In this document: in pieces, positions 1 to 8,954 of the stretch
How the letters are laid out: every line of letters begins with the position of its first letter
Position numbering within the stretch: position 1 is the stretch's first letter
Source: Acidobacteriota bacterium
Lineage (GTDB): Bacteria > Acidobacteriota > UBA6911
Length of the DNA stretch: 64,000 nt
Reading direction: 5' to 3'
Assembly (NCBI GenBank): GCA_963664705.1
Contig: OY761556.1
Span: 2,336,001 to 2,400,000, forward strand
The notes under the pieces: generated by a model
What the model was told of the DNA's origin: nothing
Databases searched by the model: none
The model's input: only the letters and a program-made list of their open reading frames with translations
Translations under genes and position numbers: made by a program

Positions 1-83
1 CGAAATATTTGTTCGCCGAGCGCAACTGAATTCCGGAGAGGCATTACGGATATCATTACTTCGGATTCAAGGAGGAATTCCAA

Positions 84-950
84 ATGGGTGCTTTTAGTGC
101 TCTTAACAACGTATCTGGTTTGAATGCACAGAATAACTTAACCACAAACAACGTTAACCTGTCTCGTACATTACAGCGCTTGTCTTCAGGTAAGCGCATC
201 AATTCCGGTGCGGATGATGCCGCCGGGTTGCAGATTGCAGACAGTTTGCGCGCCAACACGTTCGCCTTAAACCAGGCCGTACGTAATGCAAATGACGGCA
301 TTTCGGTATCACAGATTGCTGACGGAGCCCTTCAGGAAATCACCAACCTGCTGACCCGTTCTGTAACACTGGCGGAAGAAGCCGCAACGGAAACCGTGGA
401 CTCCGTAGGCCGCGCATCGTTGAACAATGAGTTCACCCAGATCGAGGCTGAAATTGCCCGTATCGCGGGTCAGGCCAATTTCAACGGCACCAGCATCTTC
501 AATTCCAGTGCTACCACGACACTGAACGGAAGCCTCAGCATTTTCGTCGGTGACATGACCGGGGCGAGTTCCATTTCCGTTACCATCAATTCCATCACCA
601 CATCCAGCAGCACGGTTACCAACCTCGGCGGCGCCAACCTGACCGCGGTGGATCTCACGGGCCAGGATGCGGCAGCAACCTCGCTGACTACCATCAAGAA
701 TGCCCTGAACGGAGTGTCCAACATGCGGGCGAGCATCGGTGCCGGTATGAACAGACTCCAGTCGGCAGTATCCGTGTTGCAGACCATTTCCCAGAACACG
801 CAATCTGCTGAATCAACGATTCGGGATGCAAACTACGCAGAGGAGGTATCGAACCTCACCAAGTTTCAAATCCTGTCACAATCAGGTATGGCCGCTCTAG
901 CGCAAGCGAATTCGAGCAGCCAGAGCATACTCTCCCTGCTCCGCGGATAG
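84..950 (+). CDS. fliC: flagellin (short D0/D1-type, Ser/Thr-rich centre)
   Basis: RLSSGKRINSGADDAAGL N-terminus; IRDANYAEE...ALAQAN...ILSLL C-terminus; SD AAGGAGG. Confidence 0.98.
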   Translation: MGAFSALNNVSGLNAQNNLTTNNVNLSRTLQRLSSGKRINSGADDAAGLQIADSLRANTFALNQAVRNANDGISVSQIADGALQEITNLLTRSVTLAEEAATETVDSVGRASLNNEFTQIEAEIARIAGQANFNGTSIFNSSATTTLNGSLSIFVGDMTGASSISVTINSITTSSSTVTNLGGANLTAVDLTGQDAAATSLTTIKNALNGVSNMRASIGAGMNRLQSAVSVLQTISQNTQSAESTIRDANYAEEVSNLTKFQILSQSGMAALAQANSSSQSILSLLRG

Positions 951-962
951 TATTCAAACCAG

Positions 963-1011
963 AAAAACGGAGGGGCTCGTTAAATGGAGGAACGGGCCCC
1001 TCCCGTTTTTT
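963..1011 (+). terminator. intrinsic terminator after fliC
   Basis: AAAAACGGAGGGGCTCGTT...AACGGGCCCCTCCCGTTTTTT inverted repeat with T-tract. Confidence 0.85.
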
Positions 1012-1104
1012 ACGGCCATCCCTTCATTCCAGACGGCAATATTTCCTAGCGCATCCCTCCTCGGTTTTCGGTTTCGCAATACTATTCCTTCCCCAATATT
1101 TTCT

Positions 1105-1131
1105 TAAGCCCAGATCGCCCCAAGTCGATAG
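1105..1131 (+). promoter_or_regulatory. sigma28 (FliA) promoter upstream of maf
   Basis: TAAG-N15-GTCGATAG vs consensus TAAA-N15-GCCGATAA. Confidence 0.65.
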
Positions 1132-1206
1132 TGAGAGATAGAGTTCGCCTGCAAAGGCTTCTCCATTTGTGTTTTCCGGTTCGTAAAGAACCAAGGGCGG
1201 CGTTGC

Positions 1207-3057
1207 TTGAATCATTTTGATGCGAATATCAGTCTTCTTGAAAAGCGGCAACCGGAACTGGCGCGCCTCTTGCGCGGATTGGAATGCAGGAAGGTAAAGA
1301 TCTTCAATTCAGGCTGCGGCCTGCCAACCGCTTCCTATGAAAATGCGGGATCTGCGGTAGCGCTGCACAGCCGGTATGATCCTATCCGGGAAGCAACGCA
1401 GCGATTGAAAAGTCAATCCTATGCCGGTGCCGATTATTTCATTCTGCTTGGATATGGGCTGGGGTATCTGCTTGACGCCCTGGCCGGCCAGGTCCCTGGC
1501 GATGCCAGTCACTTTTTTATCGTTGAATCTGATCTCGAGATTCTGCGAGCTGCGCTCGAGGCAAGGGATTTATCGGGAATCCTGTCTCTTCCGCAAATTC
1601 ACTTTGCATGGCCGCCCTCCGGACCCGAACTGGCAGAACAATGGCAAAAGTTTTTTAACCCGGTTGAAGCCCAGCAAAGCACATTTCTGACGCACCTCCC
1701 TTCGGTATCCCTGAATTCGGATTTGTTCCGGTCTGCGGCGGAGATCATTCAGAGTCAGACCTTTCAAATATTCACGGATATCAACACCCTGGTCGCCAAG
1801 TCCCAGACATTTCTGGATAACTTTGTGCAAAATCTCTCGAGGGCTGCGAGCGCGCCCGGAATCATCAGCTATGCCGCTCGATTCCCTAAAATGCCTGCGG
1901 TAATTGTGTCCGCAGGACCCTCGCTGGATAAGAACATCCATGAACTGGTAGGCTTCGAGGACAGGGTTCTGATCATTTCGACCGACACTGCCTTGAAACC
2001 GCTGCTGGCGGCCGGCATTGAGCCTCATTTCATTTTGACCGGGGATCCGACTTATGCAAACTATCAGCATCTAAAGGGGGCTCGTTCCAATCAGGCAATT
2101 CTCGTGGCGGAAGCAACCTGCTATCCGGAATCGTTCGCCGAATTTGAAAACAAGACAATAGCCTGCACCTTTGAAAATTCGTCGCTGCGTTCGCTTTCCG
2201 ATCTCCTTGGCAACAAGGGAACTCTTCGCGCCTGGGGCTCCGTCGCGACCATGGCCCTTGATTTCGCCCTTCTGCTTCGCTGCGATCCCGTCATATTTTT
2301 GGGGCAGGACCTGGCACACACCGATGGCAGGATCTATTGTTCGGGAATTCATTTTGAGGAGGAGTGGTTTGCCGGGATTGGTGATCCGGATGCCTGGAAA
2401 ACAAGGATGAACAGCCTCCGGGCGGATCGCCGGACTGTAACCATTGATGATATCCATGGCAATCCCGTTGAATCCACCGACAAATTGACTTCCTATTGGA
2501 ACTGGATCACAAAGGAAATTCGAAACAATCCCAAGGTTCATTTCATCAACGCAACGGAAGGCGGCATCCTTCGGGACAAGGTGGAAATAGCAAGCCTCAA
2601 GGAAGCCCTGTACCGACATGGCACCAGGGATCTCGATCTTCGGCAACAGGTGCGCACCATCTTTGAGGAAGCCAGGGCGAAATCTCTCCTCTATCCTGGG
2701 GTGAACATATCGATCCTTTCGGACGAAATGCTGTCGCTGCAGGGAATCATCCGCTCAGGCTTGCAGCTTTGCACTGATAAAGAGACCTGCCCTGCCCATG
2801 AACTGCATGGCAAGCTCGAGGCCTTCAAGGAATCGATTTACCGCAATTCCCATCTTGCCCCGCTGCTCGATTGCCTTAATCAGATGGGGAATATTACCTT
2901 TCTTCGAAAACAGCGATCTCTCTGCCGCCAAGGCGTTGAGGGGACATCAATTCCCGAGATCAAGTCCTGCTATGCAGACTATTTCAACTCCATCCGGGAA
3001 GCCCTGGCCAAGATCGAGCGTGCCCTGTGGCAGATTGAAGCCAATCTCTGCGCCTGA
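1207..3057 (+). CDS. maf: motility-associated factor (Maf/DUF115) flagellin glycosyltransferase
   Basis: motifs VSAGPSLDKN, GSVATMA, FLGQDLA, INATEGG; directly after flagellin; TTG start. Confidence 0.88.
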   Translation: MNHFDANISLLEKRQPELARLLRGLECRKVKIFNSGCGLPTASYENAGSAVALHSRYDPIREATQRLKSQSYAGADYFILLGYGLGYLLDALAGQVPGDASHFFIVESDLEILRAALEARDLSGILSLPQIHFAWPPSGPELAEQWQKFFNPVEAQQSTFLTHLPSVSLNSDLFRSAAEIIQSQTFQIFTDINTLVAKSQTFLDNFVQNLSRAASAPGIISYAARFPKMPAVIVSAGPSLDKNIHELVGFEDRVLIISTDTALKPLLAAGIEPHFILTGDPTYANYQHLKGARSNQAILVAEATCYPESFAEFENKTIACTFENSSLRSLSDLLGNKGTLRAWGSVATMALDFALLLRCDPVIFLGQDLAHTDGRIYCSGIHFEEEWFAGIGDPDAWKTRMNSLRADRRTVTIDDIHGNPVESTDKLTSYWNWITKEIRNNPKVHFINATEGGILRDKVEIASLKEALYRHGTRDLDLRQQVRTIFEEARAKSLLYPGVNISILSDEMLSLQGIIRSGLQLCTDKETCPAHELHGKLEAFKESIYRNSHLAPLLDCLNQMGNITFLRKQRSLCRQGVEGTSIPEIKSCYADYFNSIREALAKIERALWQIEANLCA

Positions 3058-3252
3058 CCTCGCTGGCTCCGGATCTCCAGCCCGGCGGCCAACAATATAA
3101 AAGCACTATTCCAACAAAGCAGGATTGTCGATAAGGCAATTGTCCCGAGCCTCATTTCAAGCGGGACAGAAGGCCTCGCGTGCCGTTGCACCGTGCCGCC
3201 TTCGGGCAATATCGTCAGGGTCACTCCAAAGTGAAAGGGCGCAACCTAGATC

Positions 3253-5238
3253 ATGGCTACATCATCATCCGTTAATGTCACAAACAGTGTTTTGGACGTT
3301 GGGTCGATTGTAGACAATCTTATTAATTACGAAAGCGCACCTGTCACCAACATGCAGAGTCAGGTGACAAAGCTGCAAAGCAAAGTCACCGCTTACCAGG
3401 CCCTGAATACAAAACTGTCCACGCTGTCCGATAAGTTGAACACAATGCTCTTCGGCAGCACGGCCGCACCTTTTGTTCAGCCATATTCATTTGCGGACAG
3501 ACTGTCGGAAAGTATTTTCTCCAAATGCAACGTGACATCATCCAGCGATGACATTATTTCCGCGACTGCGACCAACGCGACCATCAGCGGGTCGTATGCC
3601 ATCACAGTCACGGATCTGGCCCAGGCACAGGCACAGGCATCATCCGGATTTGCAAGTTCCTCAACAGCCTCGATCGGTACCGGAACGCTCACCATTAAAA
3701 GCGGAACCAAGGATGCCGTAACCATCTCGATCGGGAGCAGCAACAACACGTTGGTTGGCCTTCGGGATGCCATCAATAATGCCAACGCCGGAGTGACCGC
3801 GACGATCGTTAATGATGGATCCGCGACGCCATACCGTCTGCTTCTCCGTGCCAATGACACCGGAACGGCCAATACCTTTACCGTTACCAATAATCTTTCC
3901 GGAGGGCAGGCGCTGAACCTGGCGCAAACGCAGGCCGCGAGTGATGCCGTCTTTTCGGTGAACGGTCTCAGCATCACCAAAAGCAGCAATACTGTCTCGG
4001 ATGTCATCGACGGAGTATCCTTTACTTTAAAACAGAAATCCGCCAGCCCGGTTAATCTCAAAGTCGATAAGGACGTTGACTCCATTGTCAGTGCCCTCAA
4101 GGAATTCGTTACCGCCTACAATGCGGTCAGCAGCTACATCGGCGGACAGTTTGCCTATAACGCGGCCAAAGATACCGCGGGAGTTCTGGCCGGGGACGCC
4201 ACGCTGCGCACAATCCAGTCGAGACTCCAGTCTCCCCTCACACAATCCATAACGAACAAATTCACATCGTTTGGCGTGGCCGGGCGTGTGGGGCTGGAAT
4301 TCAATCGCGATGGCAGTCTCACATTGAATGAATCGGAGCTAAAGGAGGCCCTTGCCGATGACTTCGCCGGTGTGGCGGCACTATTCCTTGGGGATGGTAC
4401 GCCTTCCGGGGGCACGACAACCACGGATTCGCGAGTTAATTTCGACAGCAAGACCGCGGCGACGCAAAATGGGACTTATTCCATACAGGTCGACACTTTG
4501 GCTCAGCAGGCTTCCCTGCTGGGCGCGCAGATGCTCACAACACTGACCAGCGATGAAACGCTTACGATAACCGCTGGATCTGCATCGGCCGTTGTGCCCC
4601 TGCTGCAAAATGACTCGTTCTCAACAGTTCTGTCCAAGGTCAATGCGGCACTCTCGGCGCAAAATATGGCCGTAACCGCCTCCGATGACGGGACCGGGAG
4701 ACTCAAGATAGCAACCAATGATTTCGGCAGCCTATTTGATCTTACCGTTGTATCGAGCGGCAGCGGAGCGGATGGCACAACCGGGTTTGGTTCATCCCCG
4801 GTAACATCCACAGGAGTGGACATCGCCGGAAAGATCAATGGGCACGATGCCATCGGCAGTGGACTTTTCCTCACGGGAGCAGCAGGGCAACCCGAAGAGG
4901 GACTCAGTCTGCGAATTTCACAGACTTCAGTTGGAAATTATGGATCAGCGACGGTTGCCTCGGACACCAAAGGGACTGAAGGCGCCAGCGTGTTGATGAA
5001 TCTCTTTAGTGCCCTGGATGGGCTGACGGATCCCCTCTCCGGCCCGATTCAAAGCGCCACGGATGGTTTGAATCGGAATATCACCGCACTAAAAGACAAT
5101 ATAACCAGCTATCAGGCCCGGCTGGAGATACGAAGAGAGATTTTGACTCAAGCATACAACGAGGCGGATCAGGCATTGCGGCTGATGGCGGTAAAACAAT
5201 CCCAGCTGAGCAGCCAGCTCTCCTCCTTGTCAAGTTAG
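3253..5238 (+). CDS. fliD: filament cap protein, long form
   Basis: LDVGSIVDNL N-terminus, SSNTVSDVIDGVSFTLK, FVTAYN, GVLAGD; precedes fliS. Confidence 0.95.
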   Translation: MATSSSVNVTNSVLDVGSIVDNLINYESAPVTNMQSQVTKLQSKVTAYQALNTKLSTLSDKLNTMLFGSTAAPFVQPYSFADRLSESIFSKCNVTSSSDDIISATATNATISGSYAITVTDLAQAQAQASSGFASSSTASIGTGTLTIKSGTKDAVTISIGSSNNTLVGLRDAINNANAGVTATIVNDGSATPYRLLLRANDTGTANTFTVTNNLSGGQALNLAQTQAASDAVFSVNGLSITKSSNTVSDVIDGVSFTLKQKSASPVNLKVDKDVDSIVSALKEFVTAYNAVSSYIGGQFAYNAAKDTAGVLAGDATLRTIQSRLQSPLTQSITNKFTSFGVAGRVGLEFNRDGSLTLNESELKEALADDFAGVAALFLGDGTPSGGTTTTDSRVNFDSKTAATQNGTYSIQVDTLAQQASLLGAQMLTTLTSDETLTITAGSASAVVPLLQNDSFSTVLSKVNAALSAQNMAVTASDDGTGRLKIATNDFGSLFDLTVVSSGSGADGTTGFGSSPVTSTGVDIAGKINGHDAIGSGLFLTGAAGQPEEGLSLRISQTSVGNYGSATVASDTKGTEGASVLMNLFSALDGLTDPLSGPIQSATDGLNRNITALKDNITSYQARLEIRREILTQAYNEADQALRLMAVKQSQLSSQLSSLSS

Positions 5239-5266
5239 TGTCCTGCGATTTAAGAAGGAGCTTTTG

Positions 5267-5740
5267 ATGTCGGGATATCAGGCCTATGCACACCGGTACA
5301 AGGAAGTAGCAGTAAAAACGGCAAGCCCTCTTCAACTTGTGGTCATGCTTTATGACGCAGCCATCTGCAGCGCCCAGGAAGCGCGCCAACGGATAGAGAG
5401 CAAAGATATCGCCGGCCGGTCAATTTCCATCAATAAGTGCATCACCATCATTACCGAATTGCAGGCCTGCCTGAATTTGAAGGCAGGCGGTGAAATCGCC
5501 AACTCCCTGGATCGTTTGTATGACTATATGAAACGAAGGATCTTCAAGGCCAGTGTCGACCAGTGCTGCGAGCCGCTCCTTGAGGTTGAAAACCTGCTCG
5601 ACAACCTTCGGTCGGCATGGGTAGAGCTGGTCAATCAGGCTCCGGCCACGGCGACCAGCCAGCCGGTGCAGAATCGAAGCTTTATGACTCCTTCAGATCC
5701 AGTACCCAATAAACCCAGACCATTCAGCGTTTCGGCATAA
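5267..5740 (+). CDS. fliS: flagellin chaperone
   Basis: TASPLQLVVMLYD, GEIANSLDRLYDYM. Confidence 0.95.
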   Translation: MSGYQAYAHRYKEVAVKTASPLQLVVMLYDAAICSAQEARQRIESKDIAGRSISINKCITIITELQACLNLKAGGEIANSLDRLYDYMKRRIFKASVDQCCEPLLEVENLLDNLRSAWVELVNQAPATATSQPVQNRSFMTPSDPVPNKPRPFSVSA

Positions 5741-5746
5741 TAAGCC

Positions 5747-6178
5747 ATGGAAAACTTCGAAACCGAATTCAAATCCATTTCCCGGAACTATCGTGAAGTC
5801 GCCGCTATGCTTGTTCATCTTACTGAGACGGATGCGGAACAGTCCTCCAACCTGGCAAAATCTATTTTGGATAACCAGGACTGTTTGGACCGGATTGATA
5901 AGATGCATGCACAGGTAATTCAGATTTCAAGTCGCTGGAAAAAGGATCGCGCTAAGACAGATGCCAAGCGATGGGAGGAGATCGACCGCCTGGCGGACGA
6001 TGCCCTGCAGCAGGCTGTACGTTTGAATCAATTGTGCGCAATCACTGTCGACAAACTTCAATCCGCAAAAGATCAGTGCAGCGCTGAACTGATAGAAATC
6101 GGCAAAGGCGCCCGCTTTGTGAAAAGCGCAATTCCCTCCAGGAACAACTTCCCCAAATTTATCGATTCGATGTGCTGA
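5747..6178 (+). CDS. FliT-like cap chaperone
   Basis: helical 143 aa protein after fliD-fliS, C-terminal PKFID motif; call rests mostly on synteny. Confidence 0.6.
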   Translation: MENFETEFKSISRNYREVAAMLVHLTETDAEQSSNLAKSILDNQDCLDRIDKMHAQVIQISSRWKKDRAKTDAKRWEEIDRLADDALQQAVRLNQLCAITVDKLQSAKDQCSAELIEIGKGARFVKSAIPSRNNFPKFIDSMC

Positions 6179-6245
6179 TGCGCATTGACCGGTTCCCATA
6201 TGGGATTTTTTTGGAGAATATGGAAGGCAGGAGGCAATAAACCGG

Positions 6246-7220
6246 CTATCTGGCGCCGGTAAGCTTGCGGCTGAAGGACTGCCAGGCTTTCGCAAAAGCT
6301 GAAACGGAAAAATCCCTGCCCACGCGAGCGCGAGCCGACTGTCCCATCGTAAAGGCTGATTCAGGGCTGCCCAACAACGATAGCACCCTCTCTCTCAGAT
6401 CTCTGGCATTCTCGGCCACGACCCCTTCACAACCATCGCGCACCGGAGAACTGGGACTCGCCAGCGTGGCAATCGGCATTCCCGTTGCCATCGCCTCGAG
6501 CAACCCCAGATTGTAGCCATCTTCGTAGGGATAAACCGGCGTATACAAATAGACTCGATAGGAACGCATCTGTTCTTTCAAATCGTCCCAACCATTGGTC
6601 ATGCGACTGCCCGCGAGCTCCGGATTGTTGCCAAGAACAAGATTGGGAATGCCCCGGCAAACCTCTTCATATGTTTCCCAGCCCATCATGACACCGCGGC
6701 TTTTCAGATGATTGCAGACTTGCAGGATGCCTGGTGTTTCCCCCTGATATCCCCCATAATCTTCAATATTCACCCCCGGCCGAATGACGATCCCGGGCAG
6801 TCCCCAGTCTTTTCGTTTGAGCTCTGAAATATATACAACGCGCGCTCCATAGGAGCGAAATAGCAAATCCAGTTTCTTCAGGTATTGATCCCGATCAATC
6901 GTGCTGTGATCCTGCAGCATTCGCCCGCTCAACGTTCCATGAACAAGGTATGCCTTCGGAAGGGCCAGGTCTTTTGCGTCCAGCAGGTCATGAATATTGT
7001 GTGCCAGGAACCAATCCCAGGAGCTTTCCCGCAAGGCTTCCTGAATCGAGGAATAGAGCCGTACATTGCCGGGCACTGGCCTTATCTGAGGATTCCAGTG
7101 CTTCGACGTTCCATGCTGAAGTTGAGGAGCAACAATTCCAAAGGTCCACGGAAGAGCAGAGGCCAGAAGGTGAAGATATGGCTGGTGCGAATTGAAGGTT
7201 AGAACACGCAAGGATTCCAT
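6246..7220 (-). CDS. GT-B (family 4-like) glycosyltransferase
   Basis: EDGYNLGLLEAMATGMP (Ex7E motif); start overlaps csrA stop (TGATG). Confidence 0.88.
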   Translation of the reverse strand: MESLRVLTFNSHQPYLHLLASALPWTFGIVAPQLQHGTSKHWNPQIRPVPGNVRLYSSIQEALRESSWDWFLAHNIHDLLDAKDLALPKAYLVHGTLSGRMLQDHSTIDRDQYLKKLDLLFRSYGARVVYISELKRKDWGLPGIVIRPGVNIEDYGGYQGETPGILQVCNHLKSRGVMMGWETYEEVCRGIPNLVLGNNPELAGSRMTNGWDDLKEQMRSYRVYLYTPVYPYEDGYNLGLLEAMATGMPIATLASPSSPVRDGCEGVVAENARDLRERVLSLLGSPESAFTMGQSARARVGRDFSVSAFAKAWQSFSRKLTGAR

Positions 7221-7444
7221 CAACCCAGAAGTTTTTTAAGAATATCCGCCTTGGGTATTTGCGACTGGGAAGCAGCAAGGTTTTCGCGCTTAATGGATTC
7301 GTATACCTCGTGGCGGTGGACCGAGATATGACGCGGTGCGCTGATCCCGACCTTGACTGTGCCACTCCCAATGTTGAGGATCGTGACTTCTATTTCGTTC
7401 CCTATGATCAGGCTTTCATCTTTTTTTCTTGTGAAAACTAGCAT
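7220..7444 (-). CDS. csrA: carbon storage regulator CsrA
   Basis: MLVFTRKKDESLIIG...VKVGISAPRHISVHRHEVY. Confidence 0.97.
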   Translation of the reverse strand: MLVFTRKKDESLIIGNEIEVTILNIGSGTVKVGISAPRHISVHRHEVYESIKRENLAASQSQIPKADILKKLLG

Positions 7445-7492
7445 CCGTGTCACACCTTCGAGGCGTCCAGGGCCCCGCGCTACGGGAACGAA

Positions 7493-7951
7493 TTATGCTC
7501 CCTGTACTTCTGCATCGTTTTGAACGCCGCCGCTCAACAGGGGATGCTTGACCGAATACTTGCTGTCGTGCAATATCACCTGCTTACCAAAACGGTCCTT
7601 TTCATTAATGACCACGGGAGCCATTAAGTTCACTGTGGCGCGCGTCGCATCGTCCGGAATGGTAGCAACGGCATACACGGTTAGATTGGTAGAGTCAGCG
7701 CTGTTGACATCTTCCATATCGGAATCCGCCAGGCGGAACTCGTATGTGGGATCCACGATGAAAGGATTGATGATGAAAAGAGAAATTGGAGGATCATCTA
7801 AGGCTTGAAGGTATTGGAATGGCTTTAACTCTTCCACGTCCAATACGGCAAACCGATGTATCTTCGGGAAGCCGGGCAAACCCTCCTTGAAATGAATGAC
7901 TTTGTCGTCCGGTACTTCCAAATCTCCAAAATTGACCGTATGGATTCGCAT
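7493..7951 (-). CDS. fliW: flagellar assembly factor FliW
   Basis: FKEGLPGF, INPF, TVNLMAPVVIN, KQVIL; adjacent to csrA. Confidence 0.95.
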   Translation of the reverse strand: MRIHTVNFGDLEVPDDKVIHFKEGLPGFPKIHRFAVLDVEELKPFQYLQALDDPPISLFIINPFIVDPTYEFRLADSDMEDVNSADSTNLTVYAVATIPDDATRATVNLMAPVVINEKDRFGKQVILHDSKYSVKHPLLSGGVQNDAEVQGA

Positions 7952-8066
7952 TGTGCCTCAATCTAAAGCACGGATCATAGCCTCATTTTCCTGCGGCCCT
8001 GATCCGTGGGCAATATAGTCATCAATCGCCAAAATGCCGCTGCAACCGGCGGTCATTTTAGCCTTT

Positions 8067-8945
8067 TTAACCCAGAATGTCGAACAAGTTGCGTTGCGAT
8101 AAAATCGAGCTGCCGGCAGACAGCGCGGCATTCAGCGTCGTCTTTACCTGGCCGAGCTGCACCACGGCCTCTGTCATATCTGCATCTTCAATTTGACTTC
8201 TCCTGGCCTTCAGGTTCGTCTCCTGTTCCGACAGCCGCGTCTGAACGCTCTCAACCGTGCTCATGCTTGTGCCGATCTTCCCCCTGGCCAGCCCCAATTC
8301 CGCGTATGCCGATTGGAATTTTGTAAGCTCTGTCGCGATCGCGGAGGTGTCATTGGAATCGACCGCTGTCAGGAGTGAGCCGATAACGGTAAAAATAGCC
8401 GTGAAGGCTTCGGAGCCGGGGATGCCCGCCTGCACCTCTGTTCCCTCTTCAACCTGAACTTTGTTTTCATCACTGTCCCCGACATAGCTTACCGTATCGC
8501 CGGCGATTTTAAACGGAGCGGAATCGGAACTGGAACCGGCAAAAATGAATCGCCCCTTAATTTCGCTGTTTGCAAGAGACAGGACTTGGTCACGCAAAGA
8601 CCGGATTTCCATCGCAAGCGTGGCCCTTCCCTCATCGCCCAGGACTTCCGAAGAGGCCTGGCTCCCCTTGCTATATACGGAGGTAAGGAGACTGTTGACT
8701 TCGTTAAGGGCGGAATCGGCGGTTCCCAGGAAGTAGGAGACGGTCTGCGCGCTGGACTGGAACTGGTCAATATCCGCAGCGATATCGGTGAGCGAGAGGA
8801 GATCCGCGCTGGCAGACGGCGAATCGCTCAACTGCGTCAACAGTTTTCCACTGGAGATCTGACGGTTGAGCATGTTGTAGGTTTCGTTCAGATTGCCAAG
8901 ATCCGAAGTAAAGCCCCGATAAATCTCTGATTGTGTGATTCGCAT
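8067..8945 (-). CDS. flgL: hook-filament junction HAP3
   Basis: MRITQ, ISSGK, GRFIFAG, IEDADM. Confidence 0.95.
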   Translation of the reverse strand: MRITQSEIYRGFTSDLGNLNETYNMLNRQISSGKLLTQLSDSPSASADLLSLTDIAADIDQFQSSAQTVSYFLGTADSALNEVNSLLTSVYSKGSQASSEVLGDEGRATLAMEIRSLRDQVLSLANSEIKGRFIFAGSSSDSAPFKIAGDTVSYVGDSDENKVQVEEGTEVQAGIPGSEAFTAIFTVIGSLLTAVDSNDTSAIATELTKFQSAYAELGLARGKIGTSMSTVESVQTRLSEQETNLKARRSQIEDADMTEAVVQLGQVKTTLNAALSAGSSILSQRNLFDILG

Positions 8946-8954
8946 AGTCTTGAC

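Noticed and set aside
3097-3134. sigma28 promoter for fliD (GTCGATAA at 3127)
   Set aside because: Good -10 but no TAAA at the 15-16 nt spacing, so not listed as a feature
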